The notes: generated by a model not told the origin, from the sequence alone. DNA of 57,479 nt from Promethearchaeota archaeon (GCA_048939995.1 JBHLOY010000014.1:1-57479), one strand, 5' to 3'; positions 28,901 to 39,984 are shown, counted from the stretch's first letter. A program made the numbers and translations.

Positions 28901-29311
28901 ATGCCAAAGTTTAAAAAAGAAAAAGGAAGCAATAAATTAAATAAAAAAGCTCTTGATGAGGATTTTGCTTATAAGACAGTTGTAAAGTCAATAGTTCTAG
29001 CAGGGATATTTTTTATAATTTCTATTCTTTTCAATATGGAAATTGTTACTTTTCTAATGGATAGAGGGGGTTTCTGGGTTATTATTGACGTTGTTATAAA
29101 AATTATAGCAATATTGCTATTTTTCTTTTTTGTTATTATTAGTATTGGTAATTATCAGGAACTAGTGGGACGTCCATTAAAATTAAAATTGATAATTTTA
29201 ATCTTTGCTTTATCACTTTTACAAGCTTTTAGAAATCCTTTAGTATTTGTATTTACTTTTTTTGGGCTTGTTGCAATAACGATATATGTATTTTTTGTCC
29301 AAGAAAGTTAA
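28901..29311 (+). CDS. Hypothetical membrane protein (about 4 TM)
   Basis: Hydrophobic segments; 1-nt gap after the previous gene. Confidence 0.7.
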   Translation: MPKFKKEKGSNKLNKKALDEDFAYKTVVKSIVLAGIFFIISILFNMEIVTFLMDRGGFWVIIDVVIKIIAILLFFFFVIISIGNYQELVGRPLKLKLIILIFALSLLQAFRNPLVFVFTFFGLVAITIYVFFVQES

Positions 29312-29328
29312 AATTTTATTTAAATAAA

Positions 29329-30075
29329 TTGATGACTTCAGATTTTTTATTTATTGGGCATAGGGGAACAAGACATAATTTTGATGAGAATACGATAGAA
29401 GCATTTCAAATTGCGCTCGAAAGTGGTGCAAACTATATCGAATTTGATATTCGGCAATTAAAAGATGGTAATATTGTTGTTTTTCACGATTCTTCGTTAG
29501 AACGGACCACCAATGATTCAGGTTTAATTAAAGATTATGATTCTTCGAAGTTAAGGAATTTGCTAACCAAAAAAAGAGGTTGTAAAATTCCATTTTTAAC
29601 ACAAGTCTTAGAAAGATTCAAAAGTAAAATAGGTTTCATGATTGAATTAAAGGAGGCAGAGTTATGGGAAAATGTTGTGAATATGATAGCTAAAGAGGAT
29701 TTGCTGCATCAAATAATCTTTAGTGGAAAAGACTTAAGTTTACTCAAGATAATAAAAAATAAAGTTCCTCAAGCTAAATTTTGTTATAATATAACTAAAG
29801 GAATAAGTATAAGTATTCTAGATTTTATTGACAGTAAAAAGTTGGATGAGTTTGACTTAATTCCGGAGATGATTAGTCTCAGATCTGATTTAATCAGTAA
29901 AAGTTTTATTGAAAAATGCCATAAGTATAAAATTTTAGCTTTAAGTTGGGATTTTATTAACTATAAAGACCCAGTTGAAAAAATTAAGTACCTGATTAAC
30001 TTAGGAATTGATGGAATTCTATTCGATGATTATCATAATATTGACGTTATAAAGAAATACTTATACAATCTTTGA
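29329..30075 (+). CDS. Glycerophosphodiester phosphodiesterase
   Basis: GHRG, ENT, IEFD, VFHD, IELK and GIDGILFD. Confidence 0.93.
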   Translation: MMTSDFLFIGHRGTRHNFDENTIEAFQIALESGANYIEFDIRQLKDGNIVVFHDSSLERTTNDSGLIKDYDSSKLRNLLTKKRGCKIPFLTQVLERFKSKIGFMIELKEAELWENVVNMIAKEDLLHQIIFSGKDLSLLKIIKNKVPQAKFCYNITKGISISILDFIDSKKLDEFDLIPEMISLRSDLISKSFIEKCHKYKILALSWDFINYKDPVEKIKYLINLGIDGILFDDYHNIDVIKKYLYNL

Positions 30076-30076
30076 C

Positions 30077-32131
30077 TCAATTTTTAATTATACTTTTACC
30101 AGACGGAAGAGCTAGTACAATCTCGTCTAACGTTAATAATTTTATCCACTTTTTTAAATCTTTATCAGATATCTTAATAAAATAAGATTTTATCTCCTTA
30201 GCTAAAGGTCCTTTTTGTAATCCGTTATTAGAGGGTTTAATTAGTAAGAAAGGTATACCTTTGGCTTTGATTGCATTCAAAGGACCGACAATAATTTTGG
30301 GAAAAAATTGATATTCATCATTATTTGAAGTATTTTGAATTTTTAGCAATTTTAATCCTACCGCTAATTCCGTTTTAGCATCTTTAATAAAATTCTTTTT
30401 CCCTGATATCATAAAAGAGCCTTTTGGTAGAAATTCACCTGAAGGAGGTGTTTTCGAAATTTGATCCCGAAAGATGTAAAATACGTCAACAACCCCCCAA
30501 TTCTCTTTCCATGCTCTGGAATAACTCGCAACAAAATCAGCAGCTTCTCTAATTGATTGTTCTGTTATTTTTCTATTTTCTGGATTTTTGATAATAGCTA
30601 ATGGTGAACCTGGAAAGCTGGTGTGTAGTACAAGGTCGTTATCACTAATATGCTTTTTAAAAATTAATTCATTAGAATTTGCATCTCTTCCTCCAATTAC
30701 TAAAAGGTCCTCTGATGTAAAAAACCATCTAAATTTTTCATACCATTTTTTTTTTGGTTTTTTAATTAAGAAATCTATTTCCTCAACAACTAATTGCTTT
30801 TTATTCTTTAATCTTTGTATTTTTTTTTTAGTTTTTTCGATTGCAGGGATAGTTCCCTGTAATTTTTTTTCATACTTCTTTCCCTTATTGTAAAGTCTAT
30901 TAGCATTTTCTCCTAAACTCTGATTTAAACTTAAAAATACTTGATTTTTGTCTATTTCCACAACCAGCTGTTTTGTTGAAGGTTCTATTTTGATGAAGAA
31001 CTCTAGATTCTCAATATTTTCATTCTTTGCGGTTAATAACTTATGATTAATCTCTTCTATTGAATAACCCTTATTTCTAGCATCTGAGATTGTGTCAAAT
31101 AGTTTTTGAAGTGATACAAAATGAGCATAAATAAAGTCTCCGAAATTATAAAATTTTTTTTTAAGAGCTTTTAATTCTTCAAGATATTCCATTTGCTTTT
31201 TTAGGATTTGCTCCTGAGATTTAATCTGGTTATCAAGGCCATCATGGGGAGATTTAACTATATGCGCATCAAGCTTGGAATAATATTCATCAACAGCTTC
31301 GTTAAAAGAATTGAAATAGTTCTTTTGATATTTTTCGAATAAAGTGAGATCAAAGGGTTGTATTGAAATTGGATTGCCATTTTTATCTACAACAATGTTT
31401 GCTTTAATTTCACCAAAAAGTAAGTTATTTCTTAAAGTTTTAAAAGCAGAAAATAAATTTTGTATTGCAACTTCATTTAAACGTTTTCCCTTTTCAGTTT
31501 TTTCTACTCCCGCCCTAAAGCAAATCTCTTCGCTATATAAACCAGAAATACTTATATTCCTAGCTAGGATTCTAACAACTTCCTCTTCTGAATCAATAAT
31601 TATAGCTTTAAATTCTTCTAGATTTAAAGTTAAAAAATCTTTTCCTCTTCTCTTTGGGAATTGATATTCTCTGTTCGCTAAAATATCTCTATCTCTAAAT
31701 TTTTTGTAGCTATTGGCAATTTTTATTATATTATTCTCATCAAGTAAGACATAATTACCTTTATTGAAAAGTTCTATAATGAATTTCCAGGGTTCTTCAC
31801 TATAATTACTTAATTCAATAATGATAATACGATCGAAATTGTGTTGAGATATGGATATAATTTTCCTATTTTTCATGAATTTTCTAAACGAGATTATATA
31901 TTGAGTAGGAAATTTTGGAATTGGGTAGCTATAATTAGTTATGTTGATGCGAGCATCATTTTGTATTATCAAGTTCCTTTTCTCATTAGTTTTTGTTTTT
32001 ATTTTTAAAATTAGAAGATCATCGATTTCATATAAATTCAAGATGCTCCCTTGAGAAAGTATTGTATCCAGTTCCCTAACTATTGTATAAACATCAAAAT
32101 TTGAAAATTTTAAACCAATCATAAAAATCAA
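30077..32131 (-). CDS. rqcH: NFACT / Rqc2 (RqcH) ribosome quality-control protein
   Basis: FDRII, IELF..GN, WYEKFRWF, GGRDA..NE and SKTPPSGEFLPKGSFMISG. Confidence 0.93.
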   Translation of the reverse strand: MIFMIGLKFSNFDVYTIVRELDTILSQGSILNLYEIDDLLILKIKTKTNEKRNLIIQNDARINITNYSYPIPKFPTQYIISFRKFMKNRKIISISQHNFDRIIIIELSNYSEEPWKFIIELFNKGNYVLLDENNIIKIANSYKKFRDRDILANREYQFPKRRGKDFLTLNLEEFKAIIIDSEEEVVRILARNISISGLYSEEICFRAGVEKTEKGKRLNEVAIQNLFSAFKTLRNNLLFGEIKANIVVDKNGNPISIQPFDLTLFEKYQKNYFNSFNEAVDEYYSKLDAHIVKSPHDGLDNQIKSQEQILKKQMEYLEELKALKKKFYNFGDFIYAHFVSLQKLFDTISDARNKGYSIEEINHKLLTAKNENIENLEFFIKIEPSTKQLVVEIDKNQVFLSLNQSLGENANRLYNKGKKYEKKLQGTIPAIEKTKKKIQRLKNKKQLVVEEIDFLIKKPKKKWYEKFRWFFTSEDLLVIGGRDANSNELIFKKHISDNDLVLHTSFPGSPLAIIKNPENRKITEQSIREAADFVASYSRAWKENWGVVDVFYIFRDQISKTPPSGEFLPKGSFMISGKKNFIKDAKTELAVGLKLLKIQNTSNNDEYQFFPKIIVGPLNAIKAKGIPFLLIKPSNNGLQKGPLAKEIKSYFIKISDKDLKKWIKLLTLDEIVLALPSGKSIIKN

Positions 32132-32217
32132 AATTCTTTAAATAGAATAAATAAAGTTGGAACTAAAATCCAATATATATAATGATTTTTATAATAATTA
32201 ATATTTATAATACTATT

Positions 32218-32637
32218 ATGGTTAAAAAAGATAAACGTCATAGACGGACTAATATAAAAAAAGAACGTAAAAGGCTAATAAAGGAAAAAAAGAAACAATT
32301 ACAAAAACAAGATTTATTAACAGATAAGAAATCTACTAAAGAAATAGATATACGTTTAGAAAAAGAGACAAAACTTTACTGGGTTAGAGCACTTTCAGGA
32401 TTAGTTTCTGGCTTGCTTGGTGTTTTAATAGGGTTAAAAGGATGGGTTTTGTTAATCTGGATGATATGTTTTTGGTTTATTACTCCATTTTTTGTAAGTT
32501 TTATTGTGTTTAGATACGAATATAATAAAGAAAATTGGAGTTGGAAAAATATAATAAAACCAGGTATAGGAATTTTTTTTTTACTGTTCATGATAGTATC
32601 AATTATAACCTTTACGTTGATTAAATTCTTTCTGTGA
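32218..32637 (+). CDS. EMC6/Rab5ip-like 3-TM membrane protein
   Basis: YWVRALSGLVSGLLGVLIGLKG...GIGIFFLLF matches the EMC6 pattern (R...S..SG..AGILGLTG...G...Y.LF). Start at 32218 or 32182. Confidence 0.6.
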   Translation: MVKKDKRHRRTNIKKERKRLIKEKKKQLQKQDLLTDKKSTKEIDIRLEKETKLYWVRALSGLVSGLLGVLIGLKGWVLLIWMICFWFITPFFVSFIVFRYEYNKENWSWKNIIKPGIGIFFLLFMIVSIITFTLIKFFL

Positions 32638-32643
32638 ATTTAA

Positions 32644-33147
32644 CTATAATTGAATTAATTGCTTTACTGTTTTTTCAATTTTTTCCCGTGATGTAAATTT
32701 TATCTCATCTAATTTATAAATTCTATTACAATATATACACTGAATTTTTAATGGTTTTTCTTCTAAAACTAAGAATTCTGTACTAATTGGCTCTTCAGAA
32801 TTTGAAATACATGTTATATTTTGACAAAGAATTAATCTCTCGATGATTGAGGGTAATTTTACCTTCTTCTTTTCAATTAATTTGTAATTATCAATTAAGG
32901 AAATTGTTGCATTGGGAGAAAGAATAGAAATTTGCTGCATTTGAATTTCATCAAGAAAAACCCCTTCTATTTTAATTATATCCTTTTTATTTAATTTTTT
33001 AGAAGAGACATTCACACCTATAGTCATAAGATTTGGAGATTCATCTAGACCTGTAAGATTTAAAATTGTAAGTGCATACCCTGCATCTATATGGTCAATA
33101 ACGGTCCCTTTCTTTATTTTATCAATTTTTAATTTTTCTTCAGACAT
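32644..33147 (-). CDS. pyrI: Aspartate carbamoyltransferase regulatory subunit
   Basis: GTVIDHI, KKDIIKIE, PNATI and Zn ligands CQNITCIS...CIYC. Confidence 0.95.
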   Translation of the reverse strand: MSEEKLKIDKIKKGTVIDHIDAGYALTILNLTGLDESPNLMTIGVNVSSKKLNKKDIIKIEGVFLDEIQMQQISILSPNATISLIDNYKLIEKKKVKLPSIIERLILCQNITCISNSEEPISTEFLVLEEKPLKIQCIYCNRIYKLDEIKFTSREKIEKTVKQLIQL

Positions 33148-33214
33148 TTTCTGGTTACTATAGTCAATTTAATTGAAAAAACTTTTGGTAAAAAATAATG
33201 AATTGGAGTATTAT

Positions 33215-34288
33215 TTAAATTATGATAAATGCAAAGAAAAATAAAATACTTGAAATAACAAAATTATATGTAAGATTATCATCAACTTCTAAATCAAAAT
33301 AATCTAGCACACCCACAATTAAAGCCCCAATTAAGGGTAGAAGGAGGATTCCTTGTAAATTCACAAAGTACAATCCATTTAATAAGATTAAAACTATAAT
33401 CCCCGAAATAAAAGCTGTTATAATTCCGGCAATTAATCCTTCATAAGTTTTGTTTGTATTTCGAATTTTATTCCGTCCGAGTATTCTACCAAATAGATTG
33501 GAAGTCATATCTCCAAAAATAGCCATCGTCATAGACGTACAAATTATTAAAGGGCCAATGGGTTGGATTAATCCATAAACTATTATGATTGAAAAGCATC
33601 CAATCCCCATAGAAATATGAGGGCCAAATCTCATATGACGTTCCTTCTCTCTTAGAATTTTATTAACTGATTTCAATGGATAATAATCTGGTTTTAAAAT
33701 CCTTATAATTTCTGCTGTAAAAAATCCAATTAAACAGATCCCAACCAAACATACAACTAAATATTGTGTAAATATCATCTGGTCTGCGATATTATAATAA
33801 ACAGAAAAAAACAAATCTGATAGAAATGATGGCAATAGCTCAAATAGATAAACGAATAAATGCTGGACTAGAAATCCCAGTGTAAAATAGAAAAAGATTA
33901 TCCCTAATACAACTAAGTGAGTCAATTTTCGATATATTTCATATTTTAATGGTAGTTTTTCAAATGAGTTATCATAATCAATTTTAATTGTCATCTTACT
34001 TTTGTTCTTTTCCCTTCGAATTAATAAATAAAAAAATGGTAAAAATATGACAGTAAAACTTAATAAAATAACATCAAAAGGGAAAATTAAAAAATCGAGG
34101 GTGGTAACGTGAAGAAAATTAATTATAACCAAATTAATTGAGACTCCTATTAATAGGACTAATGAATTAACTAAATTATTATAATAAGCTCCTCTTTCAC
34201 CTCTTTTTTTAGTTAGATAGGTAATATAGAGCAGAATGGTGCTATAAAAATAAAGGATCCCCACAATAAGATAAGATAATAAGTCCAA
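33215..34288 (-). CDS. CTP-dependent polyprenol kinase family (dolichol/phytol/DGK1-like)
   Basis: RKLTH, LREKE, FGD..S..FG, KTYEG and DDNL. Confidence 0.85.
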   Translation of the reverse strand: MDLLSYLIVGILYFYSTILLYITYLTKKRGERGAYYNNLVNSLVLLIGVSINLVIINFLHVTTLDFLIFPFDVILLSFTVIFLPFFYLLIRREKNKSKMTIKIDYDNSFEKLPLKYEIYRKLTHLVVLGIIFFYFTLGFLVQHLFVYLFELLPSFLSDLFFSVYYNIADQMIFTQYLVVCLVGICLIGFFTAEIIRILKPDYYPLKSVNKILREKERHMRFGPHISMGIGCFSIIIVYGLIQPIGPLIICTSMTMAIFGDMTSNLFGRILGRNKIRNTNKTYEGLIAGIITAFISGIIVLILLNGLYFVNLQGILLLPLIGALIVGVLDYFDLEVDDNLTYNFVISSILFFFAFIII

Positions 34289-34367
34289 AGATTACCACAT
34301 TAACTTTTCATGAAAATGAATTTTATTAATCTAAAATTTTAAACCTATTAACCAAAAATATTGAAAA

Positions 34368-34781
34368 TTATCTTCCTTCGAAGATTTTTGCTAGATTTTT
34401 TGCTGCAACTCTCATAACTTTAACTGTCTTCATTAAAGTATCTATTAATGTTCCAGCGCAAACTATCACTAGAGGTCCCGCATTACTTACCACAATATAT
34501 CCATTTTGAGCTCTTACAATAATTTCACTTAATTCTTCTTGAAATAAAGTTTGTATTGTTGAGCTACCTGTCATAAGCAGGGCACTTGCAAGACCACAAA
34601 ATTGGTCACCATCAACACGGTATTGAGGCAAAGCTGAAAATGCGATTTGGTACCCCTCTTGGGAAACAAGCGCAATTGCCTCAATATCTGCGTTAGAGGT
34701 TATAAATGTGATTTGAGGGCTTATCTTTTCAATATCTTCATCAGTAATTCCAAGATCACTTCCAAATTGAACCTTAATCAC
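34368..34781 (-). CDS. Roadblock/LC7 domain protein
   Basis: IEAIALVSQEG, LSEIIVRAQNGYIVV; start uncertain because the GTG lies in an SD-like AGGTGA. Confidence 0.88.
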   Translation of the reverse strand: MIKVQFGSDLGITDEDIEKISPQITFITSNADIEAIALVSQEGYQIAFSALPQYRVDGDQFCGLASALLMTGSSTIQTLFQEELSEIIVRAQNGYIVVSNAGPLVIVCAGTLIDTLMKTVKVMRVAAKNLAKIFEGR

Positions 34782-34970
34782 CTTCTATAGTTAAGTTAAT
34801 AATAGAACCTTAATGTCAGTAATTTTATTAAAATTCTTTTTATTTATATTTTTTCACTTAAAATAAATCAATTTTTATAAGCATTAGCAAAATAAAAACT
34901 ACAACTTAAATTTTAATATTAAATCAACTATAAATTATTCAAATTTTACTTGAATTTATAATAAATATTT

Positions 34971-37262
34971 ATGATAACCACTCGAGAATCTATTCATTAC
35001 CAATTTTCATTGATTTTTGGGTACTCAAGTCCAAAAAATATTATTGTAGGAAATGTTTTAGGTCCAGGTAAGTTAAGGAGAACTAAAATAAATGAATTAT
35101 CACATGATGTTATAAGATTCTTACGAATGTATAATGCGATATTAAGAGATTACACAGGATCTGAACTCTACTCAATTGAGTTTGAATTATATAATTTTGA
35201 TGAAAAAAATGCTAAAATTAAGATTTATCCAAAATCAATGTTGTTAACCCCAGGAAAGTATAAGGATTGTGAAAGTTTACTTTTAGCTTTAAAACCAGAT
35301 ACGGGTTATCTAGATGTTCATAAATCTAGAGCGTCTCTAGACGGCATAAGCAAACTTTTTTTTGAAGTAGAAGAATTTTCTAGCCATCCTGACTTAAATG
35401 GCGATGAAAGGAGTCTTATTTTGGAAATTTTTGCTGAACGTTTTAGTAAAAAGTTATATGGGGAATTAGTTGAAGATAAATGGAATAAAAAGTTAATTGG
35501 AATAACCTCTTCGCTTCCAACAGATAAGGAAATGTTAAAGACATACGGTTCTATTAAAAATGATGTGATTATCTTTTGGAATAAAAACCCACCTGAGTTT
35601 AGTTTTCAAAATTATGAATATGGGAAATTTAATACGCCATTTATGGATAAAATGGGAATAGAGCATTTAAAGTATTTAATATCTGAGCCTAGTGCTAAAT
35701 TTATTGTGGAGTATACCCTCAAATTAGGCTCAAATCTCATGAAGCTTGCGAATTCTGGAACTGTTGATCAAACTCAAGAGAGAATTTTAGCTTTGTTAAT
35801 TAATAAGATTAAAGCAGATCTCAAATTAAGAGAAATTTCCAGTAAAGAACTAATTTCTTATTCTGAAGATTATTTGATTTCAATGGAGCAAGATCTTAAT
35901 CATTTTCGAGAGATTTCTGATTCTTTTATAACTTCTGGAAAAAAAGGTGAATTAGAGCAGCTTCTAAAAGAATTTAGAATCCTAATAGAGAAAGAAAAGA
36001 ACACTCATCCTATTTCGGATAACATTAAAGATATATTTGAGATCTGTGTATTGTCAATATCTCAGTCAGTTAGTGAAAAAGATATTCTAATTGCTATAGA
36101 ACTAAGTTCTGCTTTAAATTATTTTTTTGAAATTTTTAAAAATAGTTTTAATATATTCAGACGATCTCTTCCACGTTACCTTTATCGTAGAGATTTGAAT
36201 TTATTAGCAAACTTGCTTATTAACAATCTAAAGGTTAATCTCGAAAGAGAACAAAAACCCGCAAAGGTATTAGGTATAAATATAATTTCAAGATTCAATA
36301 ATTCTCTCCAAAGTAAAATTGAATCTAACTCAAGAATAATATCAAAACAACTTTCTGTGCTAAAAAGTTTTAAAGATAGTGTAACTGAAACGCTTTCAGA
36401 ATTTTTTAAGAAGATAGAATTAAACATTAGTGATCTTATTTCTTTTGCGGAGGTTCAAATGGAAAGTAATCCTGAGTTAATAAAAATGCACCTAGATAAA
36501 TTTGAGAGATTTACAAGTGATTTAAGGTTTTTAGCTAATTATATTTTAAGGTATTCTACAATTAATCGCTTTTTAAAAGAGGAGAATGACTTGGAAATAG
36601 CGAATCCTGTTACTTTTTCTAATAAATTCTATCGATTTCTTGAAAAAAGAGTATCAGGTATAGATTTAGAATGGAAATCATATGTATTAGAATGGATAAA
36701 AGATTATGCTAAAAAATATTTTAATTTAACAGAGAAGAGAGATTGGCATTTGAATGAGACTTTTCAAGACTTTGTTGAATATTTTGAGCAACGTGAGAAG
36801 CTTGAGCAAGATGTTGGGAATTTTTTAAAATTTTTAGATTTTTATATTGCTCAAGTAACAGACGAGATGGAAAAAATACTTTTATTAGAGTTCTATAAAC
36901 ATTTTGAGCATTCTATTGAAATTAAATTTGAATTTCCAAAGTATATTCAGAGAATGATTGAAACAGAACTCAGTTTAATTAGTTTTGAGGAAAAAAAAGC
37001 GAATGCCATAAATTTATTTAGTATTTCTGAAGAAGACATGTTTTATAAATATGTTATAGAAACTGAGGCGAAATATTTTTCAAAACTTATTCCTCGCCCT
37101 AAAAGCATAATCTTAAAGCACAATTTCACAAAGGAAGAAAAAGAATTGTTTGTAGGTGATTTATTCCATATTATATTTTTTAAATATTGGCATAGTAACA
37201 CAAATTATGAGATTTCTGATAACTTTAAAGAAGTATTTAGGGAGTGGATAAAGGAACTATGA
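34971..37262 (+). CDS. Large hypothetical protein (763 aa)
   Basis: Long ORF with a helical middle region; no family recognised. Confidence 0.8.
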   Translation: MITTRESIHYQFSLIFGYSSPKNIIVGNVLGPGKLRRTKINELSHDVIRFLRMYNAILRDYTGSELYSIEFELYNFDEKNAKIKIYPKSMLLTPGKYKDCESLLLALKPDTGYLDVHKSRASLDGISKLFFEVEEFSSHPDLNGDERSLILEIFAERFSKKLYGELVEDKWNKKLIGITSSLPTDKEMLKTYGSIKNDVIIFWNKNPPEFSFQNYEYGKFNTPFMDKMGIEHLKYLISEPSAKFIVEYTLKLGSNLMKLANSGTVDQTQERILALLINKIKADLKLREISSKELISYSEDYLISMEQDLNHFREISDSFITSGKKGELEQLLKEFRILIEKEKNTHPISDNIKDIFEICVLSISQSVSEKDILIAIELSSALNYFFEIFKNSFNIFRRSLPRYLYRRDLNLLANLLINNLKVNLEREQKPAKVLGINIISRFNNSLQSKIESNSRIISKQLSVLKSFKDSVTETLSEFFKKIELNISDLISFAEVQMESNPELIKMHLDKFERFTSDLRFLANYILRYSTINRFLKEENDLEIANPVTFSNKFYRFLEKRVSGIDLEWKSYVLEWIKDYAKKYFNLTEKRDWHLNETFQDFVEYFEQREKLEQDVGNFLKFLDFYIAQVTDEMEKILLLEFYKHFEHSIEIKFEFPKYIQRMIETELSLISFEEKKANAINLFSISEEDMFYKYVIETEAKYFSKLIPRPKSIILKHNFTKEEKELFVGDLFHIIFFKYWHSNTNYEISDNFKEVFREWIKEL

Positions 37263-39655
37263 TAAGTGGGATTAAAAGACGAACTACCGCTATAGAGAGC
37301 ACTTATCGATATTTTCAAACAGTCGATTTAATTGTTTCACATTTTAAGAGGGCTAAAGATAGGGAAAAGATTTTTGAGTTGGCTGGCTTTAGTTCTCATC
37401 TTGATGAAATTCTGATTGCTGCAGCCTCAGTTCACCTTTATCATAATTATGGAATCAGATTCCCAAAAAAAGTTAAAGTAGAACATTTTTCTGATAAAAT
37501 GGCAAAAGATATTGAAATTAAGGAAAAAAAAATTTTATTGGAAGAAATTAAATTTTTGTTAAAAAATTCTTTTAATTTGGAGATCGATTTAATTAATAAA
37601 GTTATTGAGATAGAAGATATGTTTATATCTTTACTAATTGAACAAGGAGAATCTAATTTTAGTGAATATCAAAAAAATGAATGTTTAAATCAAATAGATC
37701 AAAAAATTGAATATGAACTGCTAGAGATAATAAAAAATTATCCTGCCCTTTACTTTTACGATTTTTTAGGTGATTTAATCGGCCTCATTAATCAAACAAA
37801 AAGAGAAATATTAGAGGAGAGCTCAGCGTTTAAAGATCTCTCTGTTGATTTTGAAAAAAAACTTGACTCACAAGAGAAAGAAGATAAATTTATTGAATTA
37901 TCTTCTTTGAATCGATTGATTAATAGGGTACATACTACATTTGAAATTAAGTCTTATAAGGAGTTACAAATACATACAATGCCAATTAGAATGATTAAGA
38001 AAAAAATTTTAGAGTTTGAATTCAACAAATATCCAATTTCTATTCCAGGATTAAAAGTATTTCAAAAAGGCAATTCAATAAAAAGAAAGTTGGTTAATAT
38101 CATAAAGGAGGGTCTGGCTAAACCAATAAATTATGAGACTTTTGAAGAGGAGGCATTAGATTTCTTAAAAAAAGAAATATTGAACCAGCTTAAAACTAAT
38201 CCAAATGATTTTATTTACTTAATTCAAAATCTTTATGATTTTTCTTTTGAGGAAATCATATATCAGCTAAATAAACATGGTATTTATGAAATAATGCATT
38301 TAATTAATGTTGATAATAACCTGCTTACAAAAATTAAGAAGAATATGATTAAATATAATATTAGAAAACAAGATTTTTTAGCCTTAAACGATAAGAGTAG
38401 AAATTTATTTAATCTTGCAAAAAATGTAATCATTAAACTTGATTTTTCTTTTTTAAAGAAGATTTTAGATCATAATGAAACTATAAGTGAATTTGATCTC
38501 TCCAAGATATTATATCGAGAGAATTTAGAATTAAATGAGTTATGGAAAGTTTTAGAAAAGAGAATTGGAACTCCAATTAATGAGTTAAAAGAGTTTGTAA
38601 GGAAGAAACTAATAATTGAAAAAGTGTTCATTCAAGAATTAGGATTAAATAATTATGACCAAATAATTACTATTCTAAATTTTGAAGAGATTATTCAAAA
38701 AATAATAAAGGATATATTTTATTACATTGTATCAAAAATTCTCAGACAATTAAGTAGAATAATCGAATCATATAACAAAATTAGCGATGATAAGGGGTTG
38801 ATTTTGCAAGCTCTTAAAAAAATGGAAGGTACTTTAGAAGATGAAGATTGGATAAATATCAAACTAGAAGAGTTAGTTATTAAGCGAATTATGAGAAGGC
38901 AAGAAGAATTTGTGATCACTTTTGATGCACTAAATCAAGTATTCATAGTAAATGGTTTTATTTTTTCACGATTGACTGATAAATCCTTAGAAGAGGGAAT
39001 AAATGAGCTAAGAGATACTCCCAGTTTGATATATGCGCCTATTAAATCATTAAAGTTTCAAGTAAATCTGATATCTCCTGTTTCTTATTGCATCGCTTAT
39101 GATATTATCAAAAGATTAGAATCTATCAATAAACTTCATAAATTAGAAGTTAAGGATGTAATTGAGATTGAGAAAAGAGAAGAAGAGAGAAAATTACATC
39201 AAATAATTGAAAAACAAAAAGAAAGCACATTAAATTGGATTGAGAGGCGAATAACTTCATCCTTAATGGGGATTACTCGTCCTGGTATAAATCCAAATCA
39301 ATTTTATTGGCAAGAAAAGGATACAAAGATTACGACAGATAACATTAAATTACATAGTGAATTAAATGATGATCCATATGCGAAATTTTGTGAGTACTAT
39401 AATTTTGCTGTTGATAAAATAAGATCATTCAAGCTTGTTTTATTATTGCCTAGCAATGATGAGATTGAAAAGGAAGTGAAAGATATAATTGAGAATACGT
39501 TATTTCAAAGATTAAATAAAAACCCTCTTCTTAGTGATATTAAAGTAATGCTTGAAGGTGAGAGATATTTGATTGCTAAGAAAATAGCGATAAAGATTGG
39601 AAAAATTTTAGATAGCGCATTATATACTAAATTTAAAAATAAGAGAAAAAGCTAA
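37259..39655 (+). CDS. Large hypothetical protein (about 798 aa), translationally coupled to the upstream gene
   Basis: ATGA overlap at 37259-37262 with SD AAGGA; long helical ORF. Confidence 0.8.
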   Translation: MISGIKRRTTAIESTYRYFQTVDLIVSHFKRAKDREKIFELAGFSSHLDEILIAAASVHLYHNYGIRFPKKVKVEHFSDKMAKDIEIKEKKILLEEIKFLLKNSFNLEIDLINKVIEIEDMFISLLIEQGESNFSEYQKNECLNQIDQKIEYELLEIIKNYPALYFYDFLGDLIGLINQTKREILEESSAFKDLSVDFEKKLDSQEKEDKFIELSSLNRLINRVHTTFEIKSYKELQIHTMPIRMIKKKILEFEFNKYPISIPGLKVFQKGNSIKRKLVNIIKEGLAKPINYETFEEEALDFLKKEILNQLKTNPNDFIYLIQNLYDFSFEEIIYQLNKHGIYEIMHLINVDNNLLTKIKKNMIKYNIRKQDFLALNDKSRNLFNLAKNVIIKLDFSFLKKILDHNETISEFDLSKILYRENLELNELWKVLEKRIGTPINELKEFVRKKLIIEKVFIQELGLNNYDQIITILNFEEIIQKIIKDIFYYIVSKILRQLSRIIESYNKISDDKGLILQALKKMEGTLEDEDWINIKLEELVIKRIMRRQEEFVITFDALNQVFIVNGFIFSRLTDKSLEEGINELRDTPSLIYAPIKSLKFQVNLISPVSYCIAYDIIKRLESINKLHKLEVKDVIEIEKREEERKLHQIIEKQKESTLNWIERRITSSLMGITRPGINPNQFYWQEKDTKITTDNIKLHSELNDDPYAKFCEYYNFAVDKIRSFKLVLLLPSNDEIEKEVKDIIENTLFQRLNKNPLLSDIKVMLEGERYLIAKKIAIKIGKILDSALYTKFKNKRKS

Positions 39656-39705
39656 TTAAATATAAAATTAACCATATTTAAAATCTATAAAATATTAATA
39701 AATCT

Positions 39706-39975
39706 ATGTCTTTACTTAAAAAACAATTAAACCAAATAAGGATATCTTTTTCTCAGCTCATTAAAGGTTTTCTCTTATTTTTATTGAGTTCTTCTGGTTT
39801 GGCTTTTGCTATTTTCTTAAGATTTCTTGGATCTAATGGGACAATAATCGCATTTGGTGGTATTTTAGTTGAAATTGTAGCTTTAGCAATAAATTACTTT
39901 TTATTTAGAAGTTTTTTAAAAGAGAAGAAAGAAATTTCTGAAGAAAAAGAGAAAAAGAGCCAGTTTTATGAATAA
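39706..39975 (+). CDS. Small 2-TM membrane protein
   Basis: Two hydrophobic helices and a charged tail. Confidence 0.6.
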   Translation: MSLLKKQLNQIRISFSQLIKGFLLFLLSSSGLAFAIFLRFLGSNGTIIAFGGILVEIVALAINYFLFRSFLKEKKEISEEKEKKSQFYE

Positions 39976-39984
39976 GATTAAAAT

